From positions 1-63,349 of the forward strand of contig CAIRNV010000203.1 of assembly GCA_903880005.1 (NCBI GenBank): a DNA stretch of 63,349 nucleotides. The letters run 5' to 3'. A program made the translations under genes and the position numbers. Positions 21,552-32,109 of this stretch are shown one piece after another. Position 1 is the stretch's first letter, and each line of letters begins with the position of its first letter. Source of the stretch: an uncultured Verrucomicrobiota bacterium. GTDB lineage: Bacteria; Verrucomicrobiota; Verrucomicrobiia; Limisphaerales; UBA9464. Under the pieces are notes generated by a model that worked only from the letters and a program-made list of their open reading frames with translations, was not told the origin of the DNA and made no database searches.

Positions 21552-22730
21552 ATGATTGTTCGACCGAAGACGAGGGGCTTCATCTGCGTGACGGCCCATC
21601 CCGACGGATGCGCGGCCCATGTTCGGGAGTGGATCGACCGGACGCGTTCCCAGGCCCCGCTCGTGGACGGGCCCAAGCGCGTGCTGGTGGTGGGGGCATC
21701 GACGGGGTACGGCCTTGCTTCCCGGGTGACGGCGGCCTTCGGGTCCGGCGCGGACACGCTCGGCGTGTTTTTTGAGAAGCCCAGCGAGCCGGGCGCGCTC
21801 GGCACGGCGGGTTGGTACAACACGGCGGCCTTCGAGCGCGCGGCGAGGGCGGCGGGCCTCAAGGCACGAAGCATCAACGGCGACGCGTTCTCCGATGCCA
21901 TCAAGCAGCAGGCCGTGGAGGCCATCCGGGCCGACATGGGATCCATCGACCTCCTCGTGTACAGCCTGGCGTCGCCGCGACGGACCCATCCGCGCACGGG
22001 CGTGACCCACAAGTCCACGCTCAAGCCGCTGGGCGAGGCATATGCGTCCAAGACGGTGGACACGGACAAGGGGACCGTGGGGCCGGTGGCCATCCAGCCT
22101 GCAACCGAGCAGGACGTCGCGGACACGGTGGCCGTGATGGGGGGTGAGGATTGGCGGATGTGGGTGGACGCGATGGAGGCGGGCGGCGTGTTGGCCCCGG
22201 GGTTCTCCACGGTGGCGTATTCGTACATTGGACCCGACCTGACGTGGCCGATCTACCGGGCGGGCACGATTGGCAAGGCGAAGGAGGATCTCGAGGCGAC
22301 GGCCCATTCCTTGGCCCACCGCCTTGCGGGTTCTGGCGGCCGGGCGTTGGTCTCCGTCAACAAGGCCCTCGTGACCCAGGCCAGCTCGGCCATCCCCGTC
22401 GTTCCCCTCTACATCTCGCTTCTCTACAAGGTGATGAAGGCTCAAGGCCTGCACGAGGGTTGCATCGAGCAGATGAACCGGTTGTTCGCGAGGCTCTATC
22501 GTGAGCGCCCGACGCCCCTTGATGCCGAGGGACGCGTTCGACTGGATGACTGGGAGATGCGCCCGGACGTCCAGCAGGCCGTCGCAGAGCTCTGGCCGCA
22601 GGTCACGACGGAGAACCTAGCCGCGCTTTCGGACATCGCCGGGTATCGGGCGGAGTTCCTCAAGTTGTTTGGGTTTGGCCTTGCGGGCGTGGACTACGAG
22701 AAGGACGTGGATCCGCACGTGACGCTTTGA
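21552..22730 (+). CDS. fabV: Enoyl-ACP reductase FabV / trans-2-enoyl-CoA reductase
   Basis: MIVRPKTRGFICVTAHP.GC, GASTGYGLASR, YSLASPRR, KALVTQASSAIP, LFGF. Confidence 0.95.
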   Translation: MIVRPKTRGFICVTAHPDGCAAHVREWIDRTRSQAPLVDGPKRVLVVGASTGYGLASRVTAAFGSGADTLGVFFEKPSEPGALGTAGWYNTAAFERAARAAGLKARSINGDAFSDAIKQQAVEAIRADMGSIDLLVYSLASPRRTHPRTGVTHKSTLKPLGEAYASKTVDTDKGTVGPVAIQPATEQDVADTVAVMGGEDWRMWVDAMEAGGVLAPGFSTVAYSYIGPDLTWPIYRAGTIGKAKEDLEATAHSLAHRLAGSGGRALVSVNKALVTQASSAIPVVPLYISLLYKVMKAQGLHEGCIEQMNRLFARLYRERPTPLDAEGRVRLDDWEMRPDVQQAVAELWPQVTTENLAALSDIAGYRAEFLKLFGFGLAGVDYEKDVDPHVTL

Positions 22731-22822
22731 AGCCCGGTGAACAGGGCCACGTCGGCCCCCGCGTGGACGGGACGATGACGAGCATGAGCGATCTGGTCGG
22801 GGAAGGTTCGATGGGGACGGTC

Positions 22823-25800
22823 ATGGATGCCGGGTCGTCTCCGGTCGGCCTTGCGACGAGCACGGGACCCGGCAGGCCTGACGGCCTCTACGGCGCCCGG
22901 TGGATCCTGGGCTTGGCAGGTATGGCTTGGATGTCCGTCGTGGTTTCCGTCCACGCGAGGGCGGAGGACATCGGGATCGAGTTCTTCGAGAGGAACGTAC
23001 GACCGATCTTGGCCGAGCATTGCCTGGGTTGCCATGGGTCCGGCCCCGCCGCGCCCAAGGGCGGGCTGCGTTTGGACACGAAGGCGGGCTGGCAGGCGGG
23101 CGGTGGCCACGGTCCCGCCGTCGTCCCGGGCAAGCCCTCGGAGAGCCTGGTGTTCAAGGCCGTGCGTCGTGAAGGAGGCGTGGAGGCGATGCCGCCCGCC
23201 GGCGAGGGGCGACGGCCGCTCACGTTGCAGGAGGTCGGCGCGATCGAGAGTTGGATCGCCATGGGCGCACCCGACCCACGCGAGGGCGCGGCCGTTGTGA
23301 GGAAGGTGGATCCTTCTGGACACTGGGCATTCCAGCGCCCGGTCGATCCACCCCGGCCGGAGGTGAAGGATGCCTCGTGGCCGCGACGGGAACTCGACTT
23401 CCACGTGCTCGCAGGACTGGAGCGCAAGGACCTCCGGCCTGCTCCCGAGGCCGACGGCCGCACATGGCTACGTCGCGTGACCTATGACCTCACGGGCATG
23501 CCTCCCTCCATGGAGGAGGTGGGGGCGTTCCTCGGGGATGGCGAAGCGGGTGCCCACGAGCGGGCCGTCGATCGTTTGCTGGCCTCGCCAAGGTTTGGGG
23601 AACGTTGGGGGCGTTGGTGGCTGGACGTGGCCCGGTATGCGGACTCCAAGGGCTACGTGTTTGAGGAGGAACGACGTTACGCCTACTCGCACACGTATCG
23701 CGACTGGGTGGTTCGGGCGTTCAATCGGGACCTTCCCTACGATCGGTTCCTGGTGGAACAGATGGCGGGGGACCGGTTGGCGACGACCGAGGATCCGTGG
23801 CCGAAGGCGGCGCTGGGCTTCCTGACGCTCGGGCGTCGTTTCCTTAACAACGCGAATGACATCATCGACGACCGGATCGACGTGGTCTTCCGGGGCACGC
23901 AGGCCCTGACCGTGGGTTGTGCCCGGTGTCACGACCACAAGTCGGACCCCATCCCCACGGCTGACTACTACTCCTTGTACGGGGTGTTCGCGAGCAGCGA
24001 GGAACCTGCGGAGAAGCCGTTGCTCGGGGCGAATCCGAACCCCCACCAGGCTGCCTTGTACGAGGCCGAGCGAGCCAAGCGCCAAAAGGAGCTGTCGGAT
24101 TACCGCGCCGAGCAGACGCAGGTCGTGCTCCGCAAGCTCCGCGAGCGGATCGGCGACCAGTTGCTGTGCGCCGAGGAGGCGCGTTCGATGGACGGGGCGG
24201 CCACCGAGGCCTTGGCCCGGACCCGCAGCCTGGACCCGGGGCTGATTTCCTCGTGGAAGGACTACCTGGGCAAGTCCCGCGGCCAGACGAACGCCGTCCT
24301 CGGCCCGTGGCACGCCTTGGCGTCGCTGGGGGGCCAAGACTTCGCGCCCCGCGCGGCCGGCATGGTGGACGCATGGTCCAAGGCTCGTGACGGCAAGGTG
24401 AACCCTTGGGTGCTCGAAGCGTTGCGCGAGGCCGCACCCACCAACATGGCGGCGGTGGCTGTTGCGTTTTCAAAGGCCTTTGGGCGGGCGGACAAGGCCT
24501 GGGCCTCGGCCAAGGAAGCCTCCGCCAAGGCGAGCCAGCCCGATCCTTCGGGCCTGGATGATCCGGCCGCCGAGGCACTGCGCGTGATCCTGCACGGTCC
24601 GGACTCCCCCATCGTCACCAGCACGCGCGACATCAATCGGTACTTCGAGACCTCGGTTGCCCAACGGAGCCGGGCGTTGGTTCGCAAGCTGGAGGAACTC
24701 GACGCGACCCACCCAGGCGCTCCCCTTCGCGCGATGGCCTTGGTGGACAAGGCCAGTCCTTCCGAGCCCGTGGTCTTCAAGCGTGGCAACCCGGGCAACC
24801 ATGGCCCGCGGGTGCCGCGACAGTTCCTCTCGGTCTTGTCCGGGCCTGGCTCCCGGCCGTTCACGGATGGCAGCGGGCGCCTCGAGATGGCCCGCAGGAT
24901 CGCCAGCGCGGACAACCCGTTGACCGCCCGGGTGTTCGTCAACCGGGTTTGGGGGCAGTTGATCGGGATCCCGTTGGTGGCCTCGGTGTCGGATTTTGGC
25001 GTCCGCACGGAACCGCCCGTGCACCCGGCATTGTTGGATCATCTCGCATCGCGCTTCATGGCCCAGGGCTGGGGCATCAAGGAACTCATGCGAGACATCG
25101 TCCTGTCCGCCACGTACCGGCAGGCCAGCGACCCCGGGCCGGATCCCGATGCCATCGCGGCGTTTCGCCGCAACGTTTCGGCGGATCCCGCCAACGCCTG
25201 GCACGGTCGCATGAATCGCAAGCGCATGGACTTCGAGGGGTTGCGCGACTCGCTGCTGGGCGCGTCCGGGACGCTGGACATGTCCATCGGCGGGCAGCCC
25301 GTCGAGATGTTTGAGTCCGTGCGTTCGTCGCGCCGGACATTGTACGGCTTCATCGATCGCCAGAACCTCCCGGCCGTCCTGCGGTCGTTCGACTTCGCCA
25401 ACCCGGATGCAACCGTCGCGCGTCGGTTCCAGACCACGGTGCCGCAGCAAGCCTTGTTCATGCTCAACAACGGTTTCGTTGCCGAGGCCGCCCGCGCCGC
25501 CGCCCGCGCCTCGGCGGGTGCTCGCGACGGCGGTGGCCCCCTCGACGTCGCAAGGGTTCGCTGGCTTTACCGCGCCTGTTTTCAACGCGAACCGGACGCC
25601 GAGGAAATCCGGACCGCCCTGATGTTCGTGGCCGCCCAGGGGAAGGCGGTGCCCGAGCCGCGTCCGGCGGCGACGTGGACGCATGGGACGGGCCGTTGGA
25701 ACGACACGACCCTTCGATTGGAGGCGTTCGCCGCGTTCCCGATCTTCAAGGACAAGGAGGCCCGGTGGCAGGCGTCCAAGGAGTTCCCGGGCGAAGGCCA

Positions 25801-26287
25801 GATTGGCTTCGCGTACCTGGGTGCGAGCCGGGGGCATCCGGGGCGCAGCAAGGAGGTCTCGGTGGTCCGCCGATGGACGGCCCCGTCGGCCTTGGAGGTT
25901 GAGGTTTCCGGCGAGATCTCCCACGTGTCCAAGTCCGGCGACGGCGTCGAGGCCATCGTGGTCTCCGGCAGCCGGGGCGTTCTGGGAAGGTGGCGCGTGC
26001 ACCACGGCAAGGTTTCCACCACCACGCCCCCCTTCTCGGTCCAGCGGGGCGAGGTCGTGGATTTCGTGGTCGCTCCCGGCGGGACCGACGACTCGGACAC
26101 GTTCGACTGGGCGCCGGCCCTCCGCTCTGCCGCGAGCCAGGGAGGCCCATGGGCCGGGATGGGGATTCGGAGCTGGGAGGCGCAGCGGGACTTCAGGGGT
26201 CCTGCGACGGACCCGGCCCCGTTGGATGCCTGGGGTCGTTACGCGCAGGTCCTTCTCTCCTCCAACGAGTTTGTCTTCATCGATTGA
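22823..26287 (+). CDS. Planctomycete cytochrome c / DUF1549 / DUF1553 (PSD1) protein
   Basis: FFERNVRPILAEHCLGCH, WLDVARYADSKG, CARCHDHKSDP, QQALFMLNN, SNEFVFID; start uncertain (22727-22931). Confidence 0.9.
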   Translation: MDAGSSPVGLATSTGPGRPDGLYGARWILGLAGMAWMSVVVSVHARAEDIGIEFFERNVRPILAEHCLGCHGSGPAAPKGGLRLDTKAGWQAGGGHGPAVVPGKPSESLVFKAVRREGGVEAMPPAGEGRRPLTLQEVGAIESWIAMGAPDPREGAAVVRKVDPSGHWAFQRPVDPPRPEVKDASWPRRELDFHVLAGLERKDLRPAPEADGRTWLRRVTYDLTGMPPSMEEVGAFLGDGEAGAHERAVDRLLASPRFGERWGRWWLDVARYADSKGYVFEEERRYAYSHTYRDWVVRAFNRDLPYDRFLVEQMAGDRLATTEDPWPKAALGFLTLGRRFLNNANDIIDDRIDVVFRGTQALTVGCARCHDHKSDPIPTADYYSLYGVFASSEEPAEKPLLGANPNPHQAALYEAERAKRQKELSDYRAEQTQVVLRKLRERIGDQLLCAEEARSMDGAATEALARTRSLDPGLISSWKDYLGKSRGQTNAVLGPWHALASLGGQDFAPRAAGMVDAWSKARDGKVNPWVLEALREAAPTNMAAVAVAFSKAFGRADKAWASAKEASAKASQPDPSGLDDPAAEALRVILHGPDSPIVTSTRDINRYFETSVAQRSRALVRKLEELDATHPGAPLRAMALVDKASPSEPVVFKRGNPGNHGPRVPRQFLSVLSGPGSRPFTDGSGRLEMARRIASADNPLTARVFVNRVWGQLIGIPLVASVSDFGVRTEPPVHPALLDHLASRFMAQGWGIKELMRDIVLSATYRQASDPGPDPDAIAAFRRNVSADPANAWHGRMNRKRMDFEGLRDSLLGASGTLDMSIGGQPVEMFESVRSSRRTLYGFIDRQNLPAVLRSFDFANPDATVARRFQTTVPQQALFMLNNGFVAEAARAAARASAGARDGGGPLDVARVRWLYRACFQREPDAEEIRTALMFVAAQGKAVPEPRPAATWTHGTGRWNDTTLRLEAFAAFPIFKDKEARWQASKEFPGEGQIGFAYLGASRGHPGRSKEVSVVRRWTAPSALEVEVSGEISHVSKSGDGVEAIVVSGSRGVLGRWRVHHGKVSTTTPPFSVQRGEVVDFVVAPGGTDDSDTFDWAPALRSAASQGGPWAGMGIRSWEAQRDFRGPATDPAPLDAWGRYAQVLLSSNEFVFID

Positions 26288-26353
26288 TCCGGGCGTCCGG
26301 TCTCGTTGTGGAGGGGAGGGAGGGGTCGGCGAGTCCCGCGGTCGTCCAGCGGG

Positions 26354-27253
26354 TTACTTGGCCGGGGCAACCTGCTTGGGGAGCTGGGCGATCCAGTCCA
26401 ACGACTCGCGTTGCCATGCGTCCCAGGAGGGGCCCTTGTAGCCATTGAGGCCATGGCCGCCGTTGGGGAGTTCCAGCAGCTTCACGGGGACCCCATGCGC
26501 CTCGCATGCCGCCCGATGGCGGCGGCTGTGCTCGATCACCACGCCGGTGTCGTCGATGGCGTGCGCGATGAACGTGGGAGGGGTTTGGCTCGTGACTTGC
26601 CGGTCGCAGGAAAAGCGTTGCACCAGCGAAGGAGTCTCGCCCGCGCCGAACAGGTTCCTGCGGATGCCCTCATGCGTGAGCGAGTCCATGGCGATCACCG
26701 GGTAGATCAAGATGGCGAAGTCCGGCCTCGCCGAGACGCGTGCGACGGGGTCGTTGGAAGATGCCTCGCCGGGGCTGATCAAGGTGCTCGCCGTGGCCGC
26801 GAGGTGTCCGCCGGCGGAGAACCCCATGATGCCCACCTGTGCGGGATGGCCTCCCCATGTGGAGGCACGGTGACGCGCCACCTGGATGGCTCGCCGCGCG
26901 TCGAGGAGAGGCACCTCGGGACGCCCGGCTGGCAGTCGGTACTCGAGGACCACGCCCGTGATGCCGTGACGATTCAGCCAAGCGGCAATCCCATGGCCTT
27001 CCGCCCCGGTCACCTGCATCGCGTAGCCGCCTCCCGGGCAAATGACGACGGTCGCCCCGGTCGGCTTCGGCGCGGGATGGACCGTGATGTAGGCCTGGCC
27101 CTTGGCGTCGGATGCACCGGCTCCATCGGGCGGTGGCCCGTCCCATAGAGGCGTGCGTGGGGGTCGGGCGTCGGATTGCCCGAAGGCTCCCGACGAGGCG
27201 ACGAGGGACACCAGCAGGACGGCGAGCGACAGGAGATAGGATGGCTTCTTCAT
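26354..27253 (-). CDS. Exported alpha/beta hydrolase (BD-FAE/esterase-like)
   Basis: Signal peptide, CPGGGY, GFSAGGH nucleophile elbow, RPDFAILIYP, GGHG. Confidence 0.9.
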   Translation of the reverse strand: MKKPSYLLSLAVLLVSLVASSGAFGQSDARPPRTPLWDGPPPDGAGASDAKGQAYITVHPAPKPTGATVVICPGGGYAMQVTGAEGHGIAAWLNRHGITGVVLEYRLPAGRPEVPLLDARRAIQVARHRASTWGGHPAQVGIMGFSAGGHLAATASTLISPGEASSNDPVARVSARPDFAILIYPVIAMDSLTHEGIRRNLFGAGETPSLVQRFSCDRQVTSQTPPTFIAHAIDDTGVVIEHSRRHRAACEAHGVPVKLLELPNGGHGLNGYKGPSWDAWQRESLDWIAQLPKQVAPAK

Positions 27254-27314
27254 GTTGTGGATTGGGGGGATTCCATCGGCGCACGGGCCACCGCATCGAG
27301 GCAACCTCATGGGG

Positions 27315-28223
27315 CTACAAGAGGCCTTGGTAGGCCAGCCACAAGCCACGGAAGTAATGCATGACCCGCAACGGGTCCGGGCTCTCGGGGATCTCGGCCA
27401 GGGTGTAGCCCCGGTAGCCGGATTGGATGAGCCGCTGGAACAGGCGGCGGAACGGGTACTCCGTCAGCGACAAGTCACGGAGATGAACCTCGAGGATCCG
27501 GTCCTGGACGAGGTCGAAGTTGGCGTCGAACCCGGCGCCATCGAGGTCCGTTTGGTTGGAGTTCCAGCAGGCGCCGACCGCCTTGTGGTGGGCCTCGTCG
27601 AGGATGCGGCGGATGCGGGGCAGGGAGGCGGTTTGATGGCCATGGACCTCGAGGCGGATGACCAGCCCGAGGCCGGCGGCGGCCTCGCCCAGCTCGCGCA
27701 GGGATCGGCCGATCTGCGCCAAGGTCACCTCCTCGGGGACGCCCTTGGGCAGGTCGTTGGGGCGAACCTTGATCCCGGATGCCCCCACGTCATGGGCCAG
27801 TTGCAGGTACGCCTTGGTGGCCTCGATGTCGCGACGGAGCTTGCTGGCATCCGGCGTGTGGTAGTCGAACGCGGACCCCAGCGAGAACAGCTCAACGGGC
27901 GAATCGGCGAAGCGCTTGCGAACCTCCGCCCGCTCGGCGGCGGGCAGGGAGACCTCGACGCCGTGCTTGTGCGTTGTCCGAAGCTCCACGCCCTCGAAGC
28001 GGGCCTTGCTGCAGTGGGCGATGATCGTGGGAACGTCCCAGTCCTTGGCCAGGTTGTAGGTCACGAGCCCCAGCTTCATCTGGCTTGCCTTGGCGAAGCC
28101 ATCCTGGCCGTGGGCACCGCCTGACGTAGCGGCCGAGCCGACGGGACCCGTTGCGGTGGCGACGGCCACGACGGGCACCGTGGCGATGCTGGAGGCTAGG
28201 AACGAGCGACGTGTGGTCTTCAT
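27315..28223 (-). CDS. Tat-exported sugar phosphate isomerase/epimerase (TIM barrel)
   Basis: TRRSFL Tat motif, GVELRT, RLEVHG, EVHLRD. Confidence 0.85.
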   Translation of the reverse strand: MKTTRRSFLASSIATVPVVAVATATGPVGSAATSGGAHGQDGFAKASQMKLGLVTYNLAKDWDVPTIIAHCSKARFEGVELRTTHKHGVEVSLPAAERAEVRKRFADSPVELFSLGSAFDYHTPDASKLRRDIEATKAYLQLAHDVGASGIKVRPNDLPKGVPEEVTLAQIGRSLRELGEAAAGLGLVIRLEVHGHQTASLPRIRRILDEAHHKAVGACWNSNQTDLDGAGFDANFDLVQDRILEVHLRDLSLTEYPFRRLFQRLIQSGYRGYTLAEIPESPDPLRVMHYFRGLWLAYQGLL

Positions 28224-28247
28224 GGGTTCAAGGGCTTGGGAACGGGG

Positions 28248-29678
28248 CTAGAGCAATGAGTAGGCGATCCAAGAAAACGCGAACCCGGCCACGCCGACGA
28301 GCGTCTCGCACACCGTCCAGGTGCGCAGCGTCTGGCCGACGGTGAGCCCGAGGCATTCCTTCACCATCCAAAAGCCGGCGTCGTTGAGGTGTGACAAGAA
28401 CAACGAACCGCATCCGATCGCCACGACGACCAACGCCATGTGGTTGGCATCCAGGGTGATTCCCTGGGTGCGAAGGTATTCCGGAATCAGGAGCGCGGCG
28501 GTCGTGATGGCCACCGTCGCGGAGCCGGTCGCGACGCGGATGAAGCAGGAGATCACCCAGCCAAACACGAGCGGCGACATCTTGAACGCCGCCCCGAAGT
28601 GCCCGATGGCCTCCGCGACGCCGCTGTCCCGCAGGACGCGGGCGAACCCGCCGCCACCGCCGATGACCACCAAGGTCATGCCGATGGATGCGACGGCGCC
28701 CTCCGTGAACTTCAGGACCTGCGGCGACGAATAGCCGCAGCGCATGCCGAGCGTCCACCCTCCCAGCAACACGGCCGCCACGAGCGCGATCGTGGGGTTG
28801 CCGACGAACGAAAGCGTCTCGCGGAGGTGGTGTCCCGGCGGGTAGATCAATTCCCCCGCCGTCGCGACCAGCATGAGCAACACCGGCAGGATGAGCGTGA
28901 ACAGCGTGACGCCAAAGCCCGGCAGGGAACGGCCCGCCTCCAGCGCCTTGGCTCGGTCCGGGGCAGGGGGCGCTTCGGCGTGCACCTTCCCCACGATGAA
29001 CCGTGCGTAGAGAGGCCCCGCCACGGCGGCCGTGGGCAGGCCAATCACGAAGCCCCATGCCAGCACCAAGCCCATGCTTACGCCCAGCTTGTCGGCGGCC
29101 AGCGCGGGCCCCGGGTGCGGCGGCATCACGCCGTGCATCACGGACAAGCACGCCAACAACGGCAGGAACAGCAGGAGGAAGGGCTGCCTCGTCTGGTGCG
29201 TCAGGGTCAGGAGGATCGGGGCCAGCAACACCAACCCCACCGCAAACCACGTCGTCAGCCCGATCGTCAGCGCCAAGGCCATCAGGCAAAGCTGGATGCG
29301 CGACGGCCCGAAGACGTCGATGAACCGGCGAGCCAGCACCTCCGCCCCGCCGGACTCCGCCAGCAAGCGTCCCAGCATCGTCCCCAGCGCCACCATGGCC
29401 GTCACCCCGCCCAGCGCGGAGCCCACGCCGTCGGAGAACGACTTCACGACGCCCAGCATCGAGTAACGCGGCGTTGCCCCGCCGGTCGCGGCCTTGAGGA
29501 CCATCCCGCCCGCGTCGCGCGCCGGCACGTCCAGCCAAAACACGGCCCCGGACCCCACCACCAGCGCGGCGCAGGCCAACGCAATGAAGGCGTTTACCTT
29601 GAGCCGGGTCACCAAGACCACCAACGCGCCAATGGCCGCAATGGCCAGGCCCACGAGCTTCCAGTCGGACGGGGACAT
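28248..29678 (-). CDS. GntP family gluconate:H+ symporter
   Basis: LLAESGGA, HGVMPPHPGP, RVATGSATVA, SHLNDAGFW. Confidence 0.92.
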   Translation of the reverse strand: MSPSDWKLVGLAIAAIGALVVLVTRLKVNAFIALACAALVVGSGAVFWLDVPARDAGGMVLKAATGGATPRYSMLGVVKSFSDGVGSALGGVTAMVALGTMLGRLLAESGGAEVLARRFIDVFGPSRIQLCLMALALTIGLTTWFAVGLVLLAPILLTLTHQTRQPFLLLFLPLLACLSVMHGVMPPHPGPALAADKLGVSMGLVLAWGFVIGLPTAAVAGPLYARFIVGKVHAEAPPAPDRAKALEAGRSLPGFGVTLFTLILPVLLMLVATAGELIYPPGHHLRETLSFVGNPTIALVAAVLLGGWTLGMRCGYSSPQVLKFTEGAVASIGMTLVVIGGGGGFARVLRDSGVAEAIGHFGAAFKMSPLVFGWVISCFIRVATGSATVAITTAALLIPEYLRTQGITLDANHMALVVVAIGCGSLFLSHLNDAGFWMVKECLGLTVGQTLRTWTVCETLVGVAGFAFSWIAYSLL

Positions 29679-29750
29679 GGGAATGCCGGGAAGGCTTGCA
29701 CGGGGCCCGGGTCGTTGGGAAGCCGCTCGTGCCGCGATCTTGCATGGGCC

Positions 29751-29904
29751 GTGCATCCCGAAGTGGTCGGCGGGATCTGGATGTGCAGCGGAGCCCTGAC
29801 CGGTCCCGCTGGGCGGGGGCATGGAGAGGCGGCCGGGGACGGCCGCGCTCCCAGGTTGAAGCCCACACGACGCCTTCGTGACCACCAACAACCTCGGGAT
29901 GCAC
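29751..29904 (+). repeat. Family A element, complete
   Basis: TIR GTGCATCCCGA(AG) ... (CC)TCGGGATGCAC around the GCGGCCG-GGGA-CGGCCGC hairpin. Confidence 0.88.
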
Positions 29905-29982
29905 CGTTGCATGGGAAGGCCCGAACCCGGCCTAGATGCAGGGTTGCGGCAGGGGTCCGACGTGGGCAGCGTGAGCGTTCGT

Positions 29983-31791
29983 ATGTCAGGAAAGCCAGTC
30001 GTGGTGAGCAAGGGGCATGAGGGATTCTTTCCCATGACGCGGGTCGAGATGGACGCGCGCGGGTGGGAGCAGTTGGACGTGTTGATCATCACGGGGGACG
30101 CCTACGTGGACCACCCGTCGTTCGGTGCGTCGGTGGTGGGACGCGTCTTGGAGGCGGAGGGATACCGCGTCGGCATCATCGCCCAGCCGGACTGGACCCG
30201 GGTGGAGTCCATCCAAGGCATGGGGGCGCCGCGGTTGTTCGTGGGCGTGACGGCCGGGAACCTGGACTCGATGTTGTCCAACTACACGGCGGCGCGGCAC
30301 AAGCGGAAGGAGGACGTGTACAGCGAGGGCGGCGTGCCGGGGAAGCGCCCGAACCATGCGTCCATGGTGTACAGCCAGATGGCGCGGCGTGCGTTCCCGG
30401 GGGTGCCGGTGGTCCTGGGCGGGATGGAGGCCAGCATGCGGCGGGTCGCGCATTACGACTATTGGGAGGACAAGCTGCGGCCCTCGATCATGGCGGACGC
30501 GAAGGCCGACGTGCTCGTTTACGGGATGGCGGAACGCGCCGTGAAGGAGATCGCCGCGCGCTTGGCGGCGGGGCGCCGCGACTTCAACGGGATTCCGGGG
30601 ACGGCGTTGTTCCTGGGAGGCAAGGCTTCGGCGGCGGCGGACCTGGCGGGCTGCATCGTGCTGCCGTCCTGGGAGGAGTTGCAGGCGGACAAGCGCCACT
30701 TGATGCGGCTGACGAAGGTCGTGGAGGCCCAGCAGACGCCGTACAGCGGCAAGCGGTTGGTGCAATGGCACGGGAGCCGGCTTGTTTGGATGGAGCCGCC
30801 GGCCATGCCGCTGGACACGCCCGAGCTGGACGCCCTCTACGAGCTGCCGTTCCAGCGGGCGGCGCATCCTTCCTACAAGGAGCCCGTTCCCGGGTTCGCC
30901 ACGATCAAGGACTCGGTCATCGTGTCGCGCGGTTGCGCCGGCGGTTGCACCTTCTGCGGCCTCGGCTTCCACCAAAGCAAGTTCCTCTCCAGTCGCAGCA
31001 TCGAGTCCGTCCTCAAGGAGATCCGGCGCATCACCGAGCTCGGTTCCTTCCGGGGAACCATCTCCGACCTGGGCGGCCCGACCGCCAACCTGTACGCCGC
31101 GCGCAACGGCCACACCGAGGCCTGCAAGCAATGCCATCGGCCCAGCTGCCTTTGGCCGTCCATCTGTCCCCACTTCGAGATCAACGAGCAACCCCAGCTC
31201 GACCTCCTCCGCCAGGCGAGCTCCCAGCCCGGCGTGAAGCACGTCTTCGTCCAGTCCGGCATCCGCATGGATGTCGCGCTTCGCACGCCCGAGTACCTCA
31301 AGCAGCTCGTCCAGCGCCACGTCTCCGGCCACATGAAGGTCGCCCCCGAGCACATGCACCCCGATGTCCTCCGCCGCATGCGCAAGCCGGCCGGGGATTT
31401 CCCCGCCTTCATGGACAAGTTCTTCGAGCTGAGCGAGGACGCCGGCAAGGAGCAGTACCTCGTCCCCTACTTCATCTCGTCCTTCCCGGGTTGCTCCGAG
31501 AAGGAGATGGGGGCGGTGGAGCAATTCCTGCGGAAGGAGAACTGGAACCTCCAGCAGGTGCAGGACTTCATCCCGCTGCCCATGACCGGTGCGGCCGCCA
31601 TGTACGTCACCGGGCTGGACATCAATTCCGAGCAGCCCATCCCCGTGGTTCGCAACGCCGGTGATCGCGACCGCCAGAAGCGCATGCTCGCCCCCAACGC
31701 CAACCCCAGGCCGCTCGGCCGCCGGTCCTCCCACGCCCCGACCGCTTCATCGGGCTCGCCGTCCGAGCGGGACGTGGATGTCGTGGATTGA
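29983..31791 (+). CDS. ygiQ: YgiQ (UPF0313) family radical SAM protein
   Basis: TGDAYVDHPSFG, RRVAHYDYW, CAGGCTFC (CxxxCxxC), DLGGPTAN, KVAPEH, QVQDFIPLPMT. Confidence 0.92.
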   Translation: MSGKPVVVSKGHEGFFPMTRVEMDARGWEQLDVLIITGDAYVDHPSFGASVVGRVLEAEGYRVGIIAQPDWTRVESIQGMGAPRLFVGVTAGNLDSMLSNYTAARHKRKEDVYSEGGVPGKRPNHASMVYSQMARRAFPGVPVVLGGMEASMRRVAHYDYWEDKLRPSIMADAKADVLVYGMAERAVKEIAARLAAGRRDFNGIPGTALFLGGKASAAADLAGCIVLPSWEELQADKRHLMRLTKVVEAQQTPYSGKRLVQWHGSRLVWMEPPAMPLDTPELDALYELPFQRAAHPSYKEPVPGFATIKDSVIVSRGCAGGCTFCGLGFHQSKFLSSRSIESVLKEIRRITELGSFRGTISDLGGPTANLYAARNGHTEACKQCHRPSCLWPSICPHFEINEQPQLDLLRQASSQPGVKHVFVQSGIRMDVALRTPEYLKQLVQRHVSGHMKVAPEHMHPDVLRRMRKPAGDFPAFMDKFFELSEDAGKEQYLVPYFISSFPGCSEKEMGAVEQFLRKENWNLQQVQDFIPLPMTGAAAMYVTGLDINSEQPIPVVRNAGDRDRQKRMLAPNANPRPLGRRSSHAPTASSGSPSERDVDVVD

Positions 31792-31963
31792 CGCGGAACG
31801 ATGCGGTTGCGTCGGTCTTGCTTGCTGGATCTTCCTCCGCAAGAGCTTCGTCGTTCGCTCGCTGTGCCGCGCCCGTGGGACACCGGCCCGCACCTCGCTC
31901 ACTCCCCGTCTTGCGAACGAATCTCCTGCGCCATCACTCCCCTCCCAACTTCATCGTTCCGGC
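31792..31963. mobile_element. Degenerate family B MITE (172 bp)
   Basis: CGCGGAACGATGCGGTTG ... CCAACTTCATCGTTCCGGC; starts right after the ygiQ TGA and is followed by TCA. Confidence 0.8.
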
Positions 31964-32109
31964 TCAGCCGGAGCCATCCGGTCGGGGGCGAGATCATCGC
32001 GCCGCCGAGTCCCCGTCAGCCCAACGAATCCGTGGTCGAGTCGTCCGACGGGTGCTGAAGCCCGATCGATTCTTGCACGCGCACGCTGCGGCGGGGAATG
32101 CTCGCGCGC

